From contig JBEWZL010000162.1 in NCBI GenBank assembly GCA_045837725.1, positions 124,001 through 188,000 on the forward strand: a stretch of DNA of 64,000 nt, in the 5' to 3' direction. This DNA is from Vermamoeba vermiformis (taxonomy: Eukaryota). Positions 51,327 to 63,803 of this stretch are shown in pieces (the stretch's first letter is position 1; every line of letters starts with the position of its first letter). The notes beneath the pieces were generated by a model that ran no database searches, was not told the origin of the DNA, and was given only the letters and a program-made list of their open reading frames with translations. Position numbers and translations under genes: made by a program.

Positions 51327-51843
51327 ATGGCACCTCCTAGCATCGAGATAGTCAGAAGTTGACTTCAAAATCTTCGCTTACGACGTATCCGCGCTTAGCT
51401 AAGCGGTCTTGATCACTTGCTCGGTCTTGGTGCACCGTAAGAAATTTTGGCAACAATATATTAAAATTAGTGCCCTCACTGCCGCCGGTGCTAGCTCAAT
51501 AGTAGCCTATATGTTTTTAGTCAAAGGTCACAAAAACGCTTGGGATTCGCTCGACACCGATCAGATCCACGCAATGGTTGCTTATGGCCTAATGATCTTC
51601 GGATTATTGGGACACTATAGAACAATGCTGAAATGGTTCCCTTGGACTCGTGTAGCGTTTTATTTCTACAAGCTGGTCCGATTTTTTCACATCATGTTCT
51701 TCATAGTGCAAGAATCAGTTGGCGAGACATTTGACAACATTGCTTTCGTGGCATTTTTTTCAGCGACATTAGAGCTGCTGCATGAAATGATGTTCGAAGC
51801 GGATGCGGTCGAAAAAGAAGTTAAAGTACATCTGCGTCACTAG
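51327..51843 (+). CDS. Small multi-TM hypothetical protein, 5' end apparently disrupted
   Basis: Hydrophobic 144-aa ORF (51409-51843) with a non-ATG start. An in-frame TAA lies just upstream, and the nearest ATG (51327) is in another frame. Confidence 0.4.
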
Positions 51844-52486
51844 AAGCACTCGCAAGCACACGATATTCAATACCACGCGTTGAATAATAATGAATAAATG
51901 TCATCTATATATTTGACCAAAATTTGGCACGTTCTGCGCATGTTGGGCTGGATCCACCTTAAGACTTGAAGACTGTACGTTACGTTTCCGTATCCTTACC
52001 AAGTTATCTATATGCGATTAGCTTATCTTACTTAAACTTTGTTAAATGTGGTTATGTTCAAGAAGCCAAGTTGATAGAACTGCCATGAAGACGAAGGGAC
52101 TTGACACGTGTCAAGAACAGATCTTAGATCCCTTAACGCAGCTCTTGAACGATTTTGCAAAGTAATGGTATGAAATGAATATATAATTCTTACTAGGATA
52201 TCGATGCGAAGATAATGCTTCTCAGTTGGATGGAGATCTGGATCGGATTGCACATGAAAAAATCGTTCTTTTTAAGGAGGTCGGTACATGGGACCAACAC
52301 GTAATAACATTAATTTGACCATTGTCCACATATTCCTATTGATGATTTTCTTAAGAGAAAAGGGAGACTTCGTGTTATTTCCCGATTGTTCGCGAACGTC
52401 ACGGTTGACACTTCGACATAAATATCTTTGGCGCTCATTCTTGCTTCAGTTCGTCTATCATATTGCTTTGATAAGCAACAAGCAAC

Positions 52487-53511
52487 ATGTATAAGCATAT
52501 TATTTTTGTTGCTTTAATCGTCGCTTTGGCGGCTGCCCAAACTACGTTGACTCCTGGTTATACTTACCGCTCTTCAACTTCTTTCAGATCCTGGAGTTAT
52601 TTCACCCTCCAGTTGTCTGAATCGACAATTAATTATGTTCAGCTCGTCACTAGCGTTGACTCCGTAAGTGATTTATTTTTTTATTTCATAATTCCTAAAA
52701 ATTGAAAATAATTATTTAGGGCACTCCTTTCTATTATGCTAATATTGGATCGTTCCCTACTTTCCAAAGCAACATTTGGAAATATGAGAACGTGACCGGA
52801 GGTGCCGTTTCGAAGTACTTGTACAATCCGAACATCGATCTGAACACCGGAAACTATTCCAACAGCATCCTTTACATTGGAGTATACGGATATACTAATA
52901 CCAAGTATGGTTTAACCGTATACACTCAAGGTGAGTGAGAACCAAAGAAATGTCAACGGGTCAAATCTGCAGATTCATGATCCGTTCTTCGTTAACACTG
53001 ACTTAACCATTCAATTATAGGCCCTATTACCTTATATGATAGACAAGTCTCGTCTCCTACTTTTCCCATCCCCAACACGTACATCTTCTACAAGTTTGTT
53101 ATTGACTCCGGATTGAGAGCTTTCCAAGCAGTCGTTCTACCTACGCCCTATCAAAACAACTACTACTTCTATATGAGCAATTCTACTTCTTTATACCCGG
53201 TCTATCGTGGCAAATATCAATACAGCGGTAGTTCTTACAACTTCCAAACTTTTTGCCTGTCCATCAATTATCCTTACCCTGGTAATTAATCAATATAATA
53301 ACGCCCTTAAATATATTAACACTTCAAATAACAATCGCTAATTATTGCTCAATTTAGGCACTTATCGCTTGGGCCTCAGCACCAGCTACGGCAACTACTC
53401 GATCCAGTTTGTTGAGAACGGCTTGGGAACTTGCAGTACGTACTAGACACAATAGTTCACTAACGAGGGTTAACTAATCGCTGTTTTCAACTTACAGAGA
53501 TCGAAAATTAG
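52487..53511 (+). CDS. Secreted Tyr-rich protein with two PPC-like beta-sandwich domains (5 exons)
   Basis: Signal peptide MYKHIIFVALIVALAAAQ; motifs GTPFYYANIGSFPT...LYIGVYGYTNTKYGLTV and PYPGTYRLGL...YSIQF. Confidence 0.7.
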
Positions 53512-53661
53512 ACCGAATTCTCATAATTTTTAGCCAGATCCTCTACGTTCTTTCAGCAAATCATAAATAGGCCTTTACCTTACTATTAGTGTGGCAGTGT
53601 AATTTGATGAAGCATAAATGCTTTCACAAAGCGCCAACGAGAACTGGTTTTAGGGTTATGT

Positions 53662-54264
53662 TCATACAGTACCAAGCCGTACCATATATCTACGCTTCTT
53701 TTTCATATTTCGTGATTCGGTTTGCAATTTCCGTTCTACGTACCTGCCCTCAGTCTTCGAGTCACGTGGTCTGTCACTTCGTTCTCGCGATGATCTTCGC
53801 TCGCCAGATCGTTCAGCTGCAATGAAAATATGACGTTAGTAAGTGACCCGATCAAGCTCTATTAGGGCACTACTTACGCGGTCTGTGGTCTCGTCTTTCA
53901 CGTCTGTCATCTTCACGTTCTCTGAAAGGCTCGCCTCCAGCTAAGGACATTGCGGTTAGTGCATGTCATTCAAAATCATGGCTTGGTACTTACGAGGGAA
54001 ATGCATGCCAGGGGGTGGAGGGCCACGGAATGGCGGCATGCCAGGAGGTGGTCCGCGGCTGTCGCCGCGCATGAAAGGTGGTGGAGGTCCGCCTCGGAAG
54101 CCACGTGGTGGAATGCCCATTGGTCCTGGCATCATGCCTGGCGGGAACTGGCCTGGGAAGTGTGGCATGCCCGGGGCTAAAATGAAGATTTAGATTTAAT
54201 ACTTTATTGAACTAATCGTGCGGGTTAAACATCGCCATGTTTTCTGGCGCGATCTGTTCATCAT
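53662..54264 (-). CDS. Short Pro/Gly-rich and Arg/Glu/Asp-rich protein (RNA-processing-factor-like low complexity); ends uncertain
   Basis: Exons PGMPHFPGQFPPGMMPGP...PPPPGMHFP, GGEPFREREDDRRERRDHRP and ERSGERRSSRERSDR separated by canonical introns. Confidence 0.5.
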
Positions 54265-54370
54265 TTTGTTTTTCGTCGGTCTGTCAGATACGACAGCTTA
54301 TTAACTTATAGTAACCTTGCGTTTACGATAGTGTATTGTATATAGTTATATTAATTGAATACGCACAAGC

Positions 54371-56015
54371 ATGTTACAAACATTAAAACGATTGGTGAGC
54401 CAATCTGCAACGGTAAGTGACTGTTACAAGCCTTTTGCAATTTACTAATTAAAATAGTACAATAATTATACTACTTAATTTCACAATAGGCGTTTAATAT
54501 TAGTATTTCTGGCATCTTTTTCAATTTGCGTTTATAATTAATTAAAATTGACACCAACCGGCTATCGCTGTACCTGGACGAATTATGCTAGATATGTAAT
54601 ATATATTTTATAGTAATTAAATCGAATTTTTAGGCGCGTTGCTTTGGTAGAACGACCAAATCTCCTTGCTCGCGATCCCTTCTCTTCATCCACAGCAAAA
54701 GACGCTATACAACCGAAAAAACTGAAGCACAAAAAACACAGCTTGATGAAGTAGAAAAAGCTAGAGCCATATTAGAGTCCAGAAAGTCCGGCACATTTAC
54801 CACAGTAGATCTGCGAGTAAGTTCATTCAACCCATTAGGCCAGGTCTAAAATCATTAAATAATATATATATTATATACCTTCTATATGTTCTCCATACTG
54901 ACGTGTGCTTTTAAGATTTCACGCACTCAGACGATAGATCCAGAGAGCACAGGACCACCATTGTTCGGCTCATTAATGCCCTATGTGCTGATGGCACGTA
55001 AGCCTGGTGTGCCCGTAATCGCTCTGCGCAAGGACGAGAAACATTATAGCAACATTCAGACCGTGGCCAAGTCATCTCTAACAGTACGGAAGCCACCTCA
55101 TCGGCTCGCGAGTTTAGTACTCACTTTATTATTGACAGGTATTTCCTTTAACGCCACCGAACATCAATCCGTCGCTATTACCACTGCCAAAGGTCAATAT
55201 CGTTGGGGATTTAAAGATTGTGTTGGATCGAGATGAGATTGAACCAATGATCGATCGGTACGACGAAGTGCACAAAGGCTCGAGAAAGTTTGTATCAGAC
55301 TCAGAAGTGTTCGAGTTCTACGAGTTTGAGCCATCAGATGCGTACTACGTGCGAAGGTAATATCCCACAAATAAGATAGTCGCGTGCTCCATTCATGAAT
55401 CGTACTAACCACCTTGCAGTACTGGAGATAATGTGCAGTTCACGGGAAAACAATTTACTATGGTAAGTTGCGATATTAATCGAAATAGTAAGGCGGTTGT
55501 TGAAGAGTTTAAAAAAACAGGCGCCATCTGATCCCATCGCGCGCCAATCAAGAGTTCTTATCGACAAGATCAACAACAATTATGCCGAAGAGTTGAAGAA
55601 GATGTGCAAGGAATACGGAGATACCGACGTTGATGAAGTGTTTGTGTTCGGGCTCGATCGGTTGGGATTCGATTTGATGGGCCGGTACGTAATATCTTGA
55701 TTTCATATTAGTGAATTGATCCATGTGCGCACGAACCTCTATTAATTAATTCAATCTGTGTGAGCTATTTTGCGCAATAGCAATGCAACGGATGGAGGTG
55801 AAACAATTCACTCAAAACTCCGCCACGTCATCGCCCACTTGAACCATGGTATTAATTCTTTCATAATTAGTGTTTCTGAGGGCAGTTGGTTGGAGTTTAG
55901 GTTCCCTCTCCCGTCTGAGATCACAAACATCGGAGATTACGAGGCATCGTTAGAACAGTCGTTACAGAAGATGCGACCTTCTACCGGCACGCCTTTCACC
56001 AATAAAGCTAAGTAA
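54371..56015 (+). CDS. HugZ/GluBP-like split-barrel (PNPOx-like) + DUF2470 protein with mitochondrial-type presequence (multi-exon)
   Basis: Arg/Ser-rich N-terminus MLQTLKRLVSQSATARCF; FGSLMPYVL...KHYSNI...SSLTV; DPIAR...INNNYAEEL...GLDRLGFDL...EFRFP. Confidence 0.8.
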
Positions 56016-57028
56016 TCATTACTGAATTAAATTAGATGGTTGCAATCCTTGGTTTTCCAAAATCGGACAGATTGGTCGGGCCATCAAAGCCTGCATTACT
56101 ACCAACGCCACCCTACAAATCTTGATTCTTACAAAGTGCCGCGATTGCAGAAAAGTAATTTTTGTTCGATGACGTAAGCAATAGATTTTATCAAATCGTT
56201 GCACAAATTTAGTTTGATCAGATCGGGAAAATTTCGTTTTACCAATCTAAAAGCGCTCCAAACAACACTCCTCGCTTGTTTTTAACATGTTTACGCAGCA
56301 GATACTCCCCGATCATACATCATCTTTAAAAACGGTGATTTTTCTTGTCCGATCCTTTTGTGGGCTAGTGACGTGGCGACTATGACGTCATAGCGCAGTA
56401 AAAAGCCGCAAAAAGTTGTTTTACCATTTGTCATGTATTTGGAACGCGACACCACGATCATCTTGATAGTTTATATCTTTAGATAAGCACCGACTAGCGT
56501 ATCACACAACAATTAAATCTGGCCGAAAAAGTTACAGATTCGAACGGAGTCGGTGAGCATACCATTAATGATCGCCCTTTAACAACGTAGAACAGCGAGA
56601 CGGGTTCAAATCGCCAGTAAAGGTTGATTTTGGGGGCTTTACGTGACTGGGAAACGCCGGACAAAGAGGGTCGCGTTCTTCTTGCATCTGTGGTGTCCGA
56701 TTTGGGGTGATCATATTTAAAGACGATGTTAATCGCGCTATCATGCCTTTCTAAACTCTCCACGTGCATGACCAAACCGAGGCAAAAATGTCCGAGAATC
56801 AAATCTGCCAGGGCGATTCAAGTCCGAAAAGGGAATTTTCAGTCCCGATAAGGCAAAATCACGTGAAAAAAGGGAAAAATCATAGAAAAACCGATTTAAA
56901 TGTCCGAAAAACAAAAAATTTGATTTCGTCATTCCTGTTTTCAGTTGCAATCGCCAGCGCGAAATCAAAACCACAACTCTCCCCCGTTCCAACCCCCGGT
57001 AAAGGCATAAGGATCGCAGGTAGTCACC

Positions 57029-58236
57029 ATGTTGGCTTCAGTCGTTTCTCCCGTTAGCACGTTTTTACAACCAAGCAACATCTTTACTTCCGTTGAGTTT
57101 ACCAGAGACCACGAGTCTCCAAAGTTCAGGACGTTCAGCGCCAAGGAAGTCGATGCGGCCAAGTCTCTGCTCGTCATGGAGATGCTTTCCAACACGTAAG
57201 TTTGATTTCTGCCAGCGAAGCAAATCCCAACCCAAATCTGTTACCTTAATTTGGAGCTTAGTCTTGAAACAAAGTTGAAATCGCCTTCAAAATTGTTTTA
57301 TCCAAGTGTTTTACTAACGCACCATCCAAGTTTTAACTCGAGCAGTGCAACTTTGCTATCCAGCGCGGAAAAGATACAATCTGCTCCCGTGTCCGCATCC
57401 GAATCCTTGCCTGTTCGTCAACAAAGCATCCCGACCTCCCGCAGAAAGCGAAAGCTTGATTACTATGAGTCTGACGAGGAGGCTGAATTGAAACCTAAGC
57501 GCGCCAGACGGTTCGATGACGATCCCAAAGTGACGGTAACTCCTTACTCGAATAAAAAGAGGGCTCCCAATGGCGAACCTTGTGCTAACTGCAAGGGTGC
57601 TGAGTCCACTCTTTGGAGACAATGCGAGGTAAGTTGTGGTAGCGTGACTGACGGTTATTATGATTTTCGTTCAGTGAAATTCAACAATGCGACACGTGCA
57701 ACATGATTTGGTAGCGTTTAAACAGTGGTAGTGTTTGTTGTTTTATGATATCATTGTTCAGACTAATAGCGGTGATATTTGATCGTATCATTCTTTGTTT
57801 TATAGAATCGGAACACAAAATCAGATTTGATTACCTTTCGAACAAGCTTACTAATGCTTTTGTTTCCAGTGGAAGAACGGTACTACTGCCTACCTCTGCA
57901 ACGCTTGCGGCTTGAGATTTAAGAAAGGTCAATACTGCCCAGAGTGTTACGAAGTTTACTACATTGAAACTCCAACCGTCGAACACTGGCAACAATGCAC
58001 ACGGTGCTTCAATTGGACACATAAGGTAAGTTAACTGGTCTTAGTGAAGAGATCGCGAGCCTCCCCTATAATTAGGAGGATTAATCTCCGAATATGTCCG
58101 AGGATTCCGTAAATTATATTTTAGGCTCTTGGTTAGCTAAGCTGATGATCTTGATTACTAACATACTATCCTTGTATAGGGCTGCTTGAAGCACAATCAC
58201 TCTAGCGATTATGTTTGCAAGAAGTGCCTCTCTTAG
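57029..58236 (+). CDS. GATA-type zinc finger + PHD-like finger transcription factor (4 exons)
   Basis: CANCKGAESTLWR...LCNACGLRF, followed by CPEC...WQQCTRC..WTH..C...YVCKKC; basic NLS RRKRK. Confidence 0.85.
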
Positions 58237-58430
58237 AAAAATGCTGTCTCGTAAAATAATTATTTATTGTAATAAGATTTTGTAAAAATGATGTATAGTA
58301 CTTTTGGAAGAATAAAAGTTAATTTCGTGTAAACACGTCCCTTCGTTGCTTGTTAACACCCCGCCAAAGTTTTCGAATCCGCTCGGAACTTTACCGCACG
58401 AATTTTCTTTCGATTATTTGGAAAGCAGTT

Positions 58431-58673
58431 TTATTCAACCAAGTCGCCAACCAAATATTTCTTCAACAGATCTTCGGCGTAATCAGAATGACCAATATCC
58501 AAGAACTCGCTTGTGGCGTCTTTGCCTTTGTGCTCTTCAATGATCTCGCCGCCTCCTGGGTGCTCGTTTAAGAAACCATACACGTTGTACACTTTGCCTT
58601 TGATGGCAACGTAGCAAGTGTCCTTTTCTTTTGCGTGCTCTTTTAATTGTGCCTTGGTTATTTGTTTCGACAT
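58431..58673 (-). CDS. Cytochrome b5, soluble (80 aa, no TM anchor)
   Basis: KVYNV..FLNEHPGG.EII....GKDATSEF.DIGHS heme-binding signature. Confidence 0.93.
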   Translation of the reverse strand: MSKQITKAQLKEHAKEKDTCYVAIKGKVYNVYGFLNEHPGGGEIIEEHKGKDATSEFLDIGHSDYAEDLLKKYLVGDLVE

Positions 58674-59105
58674 CTGTAAGTGATTTTATTTAGAATGGAG
58701 GCAGATTTAGTTCGCAAAATAAAATTATTTTTGATTAAATTAATTAAATATGATTCTAACTAGATATGTGCTGTCTTATGTTGGCTAATGTATTCGTGCA
58801 TTTAGGAAAATTATTTTGCATATTGAATTACGAGGGTGGACAAGAAAATTATCGGTTTTCAATTTGGTTCCTTGATTAACGTCACAACCACAAGACAAAA
58901 GCAGGTAATAATCTTAAATTTTCCAAAATAACTTCAAGATTGCAAAGTTACCTTGCCTGGTAGTCTATTCAAGTTGATATTTGAAATAACCGTTGAAAAA
59001 AGCAATTTAAATCGCAAAAAATTCGCCGATTTTTGAAATAAATAGCGATTTAATTGATCACGTATATAATCATACCATTCTAATTTATATCTATTAATTA
59101 ATAGA

Positions 59106-60370
59106 ATGGACAACCGATCCGAAAACGTGATCTTGGTCGTTCTCGATGGTGTTCGCACTCAAGAGATGTTCGGTGGCCTAGACAAGCATTTGGTCACTCA
59201 AATTGTGCAAAAGAATCATCCTAATCAAAAGGCTGAAGATCAGCCGTTTTTTAAAAAGTACTGGGCCGAGACAGCCGAAGAGAGACGACACAAGATGATG
59301 CCGTGGCTATGGGGCGAATTTTTAAAGAATCATGGATGCATCGTCGGAGATAGACACAACGGTACGTTACACATCTACATTTTCATGAATAGATCTAGCC
59401 AAGTAACTCACGCTAATGTGATGTGTAGGATCGGTAGCCCAAGTCGCAAACAAATATAGATTTTCGTATCCAGGCTATTCTGAATTACTCACGGGCACGC
59501 CACAAGACGCCATTAACACTAATGACTTTGGACAAAATGTCTTCCCGACCATTTGCGAGTTCATCAAAGAGAGATTCCAATTGGATTATAATCAAGTAGC
59601 TGTGTTTGCTTCGTGGCGTAACTTGAAGGATGTAAGTTGTGAGCACATAAGTCACGTGTCACTCTCTGACAGATCCGCTCGTTCCTAGGTTGCAGAGCGC
59701 AAGAAAGGCACAATAATCACCAACGCAGGATATGATCACTATGAGCACCCTGATCCGCTCGTGCGATATCTGAGTGACATGCAGTTCAAAACATTGACAC
59801 CATTCAAGGAAGTCAGACACGATAGTTTCACGCATCGGTTCGCACTTACGCACATGAACTCGCACAAGCCAAAGTTTATGTTCTTAGTAAGCCTCCACCT
59901 TCTAATGATTTATAGTGTACACGTTGTTAACAACTTATTACTAGGGATACGGCGAACCCGACGATTGGGCGCATCACGACAGATACGATTTGTACTTGGA
60001 GTCGTTGAATCAAATCGACCATTATCTCAAAGAACTCTGGGAGTTTATTAACAGCGACCCTCACTACGCAGGCAAGACATCCTTGATTATCACCACTGAT
60101 CACGGTCGAGGCGAGACTTTGGCTGACTGGCACAATCACGATTTCGATATTGAAGGCGCGCAATATGTTTGGATGGCTTTCGGATCACCAGCACTGTCAC
60201 ATCGTGGAAATATTTTGCCGTCAAGCAACACTGACAAGCACGAGTGGCGATCCAATCAAGTCGCAGCAACGCTTCTCGAGTTGTTAGGCGTGCCTCACAC
60301 TGAGTTCAGCGATACGATGGGCAAGCCTATTGATCTGTTTTTCAACAAGAGTAGCGCTGGTACTCTTTAA
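59106..60370 (+). CDS. Alkaline-phosphatase-superfamily metalloenzyme, bacterial-like (4 exons)
   Basis: NVILVVLDGVRTQEMF, FSYPGYSELLTG, GEPDDWAHH, LIITTDHGRG...W..H. Confidence 0.85.
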
Positions 60371-60495
60371 AGGAAAGTGACTAATAAATTTTCGTCGAAG
60401 GAACAATCGCTAGACTTGGTCTGCGAGTTTATTGCAACGAGTATTTACAGCAAAATTTACAACATAGAGTGTTGTATTGTGGCTAGATACAGTTC

Positions 60496-60896
60496 TTAAA
60501 TCTTTCCTTCGTTTCTGAAGACCATGAAGGCAGCCTTGACGTACTCAGGGCCAGATCCAGGAGCGCTGCTAAGAGAGCTCAAAGTAGAGCCGTTGGAGCC
60601 TTCAATGGCACCACGAGAGCGGTAGTAGCCAACAGTGCTGCTTCCCCACTCGATTCTCCAGTCGCTACCAGCTTTGCGAGCGTATCCGACGGTGCTGCTG
60701 CCCTTTTCAATTCGGTAATCAGAGCCTGTAGAAAATCATGATTAATTTAGTTAACGACGGTCATGTTAAGCGATTGCGTATTAATAATTAGGTGAAGAAA
60801 ATGTCGGAGTTGAAGATCGGGACCGAAGAAAAACAACATAAACTTACCAGTGGAGACAAACTTCAAAGTAACGCCGTTGATAGTGTAGTCAGACAT
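60496..60896 (-). CDS. Small (about 92 aa) repeat protein absent from the ORF track (2 exons)
   Basis: Intron 60847-60728. Product MSDYTINGVTLKFVSTGSDYRIEKGSSTVGYARKAGSDWRIEWGSSTVGYYRSRGAIEGSNGSTL...AAFMVFRNEGKI*, with C/T-ending codon bias. Confidence 0.75.
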
Positions 60897-60951
60897 GTTG
60901 GTTTAGTTGTGTTTTGTTTCGTAATTGAATGAATAACCAAGATTTTCGTGG

Positions 60952-60961
60952 GCCTTTTATG
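60952..60961 (-). promoter_or_regulatory. TATA-like element CATAAAAGGC
   Basis: Same 10-mer and nearly the same distance to the ATG as at 7954-7963. Confidence 0.5.
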
Positions 60962-61273
60962 TTTGCCAAAAATGTCATCTCGTGTCATTAACACGTGGAG
61001 GACCTTAATTTCACAGAAAACGCCACAAATGTGTACGTACGGTCCTGCCCTGATTTAACGGTCCCATACCTGTCAGTCAAGCTGCGTCAGATCCACATTC
61101 CTCTTGGAACCCGTGATTGTTACTAACAATTTTCCTTTGAATTTGAAAAAGCAGGTTAACAATATCTTTCCCTTCGTGAAGATATCAGTAACTTCTAAAA
61201 GCGAAAATGGACATTAATTCTCAGCGTTTATTTGGTGCAAGATGTTCGTAATTAATTATTATTTGTGACCAAA

Positions 61274-63255
61274 ATGAGAAGCAACATTCAGCGGCACTCC
61301 TTAGCACTCATTTTATTGTTTGCAGCCGTTATGGAAGCTGCTAATTCGTCACGCGTTTGTCCCTCGCAATTACAGAGCCTAATTGACAATCTTCTTGCAA
61401 ACAGTCCCATTGTAACCCGTTCACGCTGGGGAATTTATGTAGAAGAGATTAATAATCAAACGTGGCAAGGAAAGCCTCTTTACTCACGTAGGTATTTTGA
61501 TTAATTTAATGGAGATATTTTCAAATCCGGTTAGGATCAGTTAGATAATAATCAAATAATAAATTAATCGTAGGGGATGCTGTAAACTATTTTTTGCCTG
61601 CCTCTACGAATAAAGTGCTGACATCTGGATCTGCCTTGCTGTCTCTCGGCCCTGACTACGCTATTAAAACTGACGTAACAACCTACACGAGCAAGACTAC
61701 AGCAGCTAATAGTAGAAGCACTGTAGATGTATTAATTGTGACAGGTAACTTTTCTAACTCGTTTTCTGAGCTGATCAAATTTCTCAAGGACGCGGTGACC
61801 CCTCTTTGACCTTCCAGAAGCTTGATCAGCTCGCCAGTCAGCTGTCTCAAAGCGGAATAACCACTGTTAATTTTGTTGGCGTCGATCAATCGTATTTTAA
61901 GGCGTTACAACCACCAAGCACTTGGGATTGGGGCGATCTCACCGCCAATTACGTAAGTTACGGAAATATACGATGCATATTAATAACTGGAATATAGGGT
62001 GCTCTGCCGACACCTTTTGTATTGAATGAGAACGTTATTACCTTTACTGTTGTCCCGCCTTCAGATCCGAGTCAAAATGTCCAAGTCAAGTTCTACAATA
62101 GCGCCGATCAAGACTATTTGTTGAGCAAGTTAATCATTAACGTTGCTACGAGTAAGTTTGATTGCGCATTAGCTTATATCTATCTTTTTATTTTTCGTTT
62201 ATTTTCCTAAAAGCCAGCTGGATCTATTATTATTTGTACTAATAATTTTTTGCAGCCTCAACTCCGAATGTCAATACACTCGATGCTAATTATCAATGGG
62301 GCACCACTTATCTCAAGTTGACCGGTCAAGTTAGCGTTGGCGCGCAATCGTTCGATGTTAGTGTTGCTGTAGCCGATACAGCGCTCTATTTCCAAAAACA
62401 TTTCGTGGCTGCGTTGAAAAACAACAATATTCAAGTCACACACGAGGGCTTGCACACGATGGAAGCGATTAAACAACAGATCGCGTTCGACGATAGCAAC
62501 GAGTTCATCATTCAATCGGCGGCTTCGCTCACCTCGCCGCCTTTATATGTTATGATGAATAATACCTTGCAATGGAGCGTTAATTTGGAGGCTGAAATGT
62601 GGCTCAGACATTTAGGAACAAATTTCATCTCAGATCGTAAGTCCAAAAGGAAAGTACTAAAGAAATCATGTACTAATATGACATCGTAGCTAATCTCGAC
62701 GAGGTTGACAATGGCTTGGCTAAAGTCAGATCCGTTCTCACTAATTTGGGCGTGGACGGTGATCTGTTCATTCAAGCAGACGGCAGTGGATTGAGTCGCA
62801 AGAATTTAATCAGTCCCAAATCACTCGTACTGTTCTTAAGAGCTATATTACAGAAGGCACCTTCATTCGTGAACATTCTTCCTGTTGCTGGTACGAAAAA
62901 GATGCGATCCGTTACCTTATCTTACCTGGCACTAATTTATCATATAATTTATATAGGCGAGTCTGGTACACTGAAGTATAGATTCGTTGGCACTCCTGCT
63001 CAAGGCGTTGTGTTTGCAAAGACTGGTAAGATTGGATCGAGATCTGTAAGAGGTTCTCGTGAGCCTAATTGAATATCGATAACTATAGGATCGTTGTCTG
63101 ATACATATACATTGGCTGGGTATGTCTTGCGTCCCGGCCAGTACAATCCTATCGTATTCTCAGTGATGGTAAATCAAAACGCCGCTGGATCTGGACCTGC
63201 TCGTCAGTTGATGGATCAAATTGTAGTTCTCTTAGCTCAATTGCAATACTGTTAG
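61274..63255 (+). CDS. dacB: D-Ala-D-Ala carboxypeptidase/endopeptidase, peptidase S13 (PBP4/DacB-like), secreted (multi-exon)
   Basis: Signal peptide; SxxK in PASTNK, GRGDPSL, WDWGDL..YGA, SxN in WSVNLEAE, DGSGLSRKN, and KTG in FAKTGSL. Confidence 0.93.
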
Positions 63256-63584
63256 TAAAGTAACACAATTTTGTGCCCGTTTTGTTTGGTCAGACCTGCT
63301 GTTTTTTGTTTAATTGATTTATTTAACTGTCTAACGAACAAGACTGTCAACATAAAAGTCAATAACGTATTATTTTAGTACCAAATTGACTAGACTAAGT
63401 GCCCCTTAAATGGCTGAATTGACCTCGTAAGAAACGATTTCACATTTAATCGTAAATCAAAATTAAGCTCAAATTTCGAAATAATCATCTAATTATAGTA
63501 GAGGCACTAGTAAACGCACATATAATATTTTAAATCAATTAGCGAGATATTTTTATAATAATTTAAATTTGTATTTTTTTGTAG

Positions 63585-63803
63585 GTTTTCGTTAACGGAT
63601 CTGCCTAATGAATTATTGGCTATAATATCATCTGAATTATCAGCGCGAAGGGATTTTGGAGCACTTTTATTTACAAGCAAGGTCTTTGGAAAGATAGTCC
63701 GGTTCTCGTGGTCTAAATTATCCTTAAGAGCTGAGAATAAGATCACTTACCATCAATTCTTTTCTTTCAAACAAGAGCGTCTGACTTCCGTCGTAGAATT
63801 AGG
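63585..63803 (+). CDS. F-box-containing exon of a gene probably continuing beyond the window
   Basis: After acceptor TTTGTAG: SLTDLPNELLAIISSELSARRDFGALLFTSKVF, then a GT donor near 63803. Confidence 0.6.
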
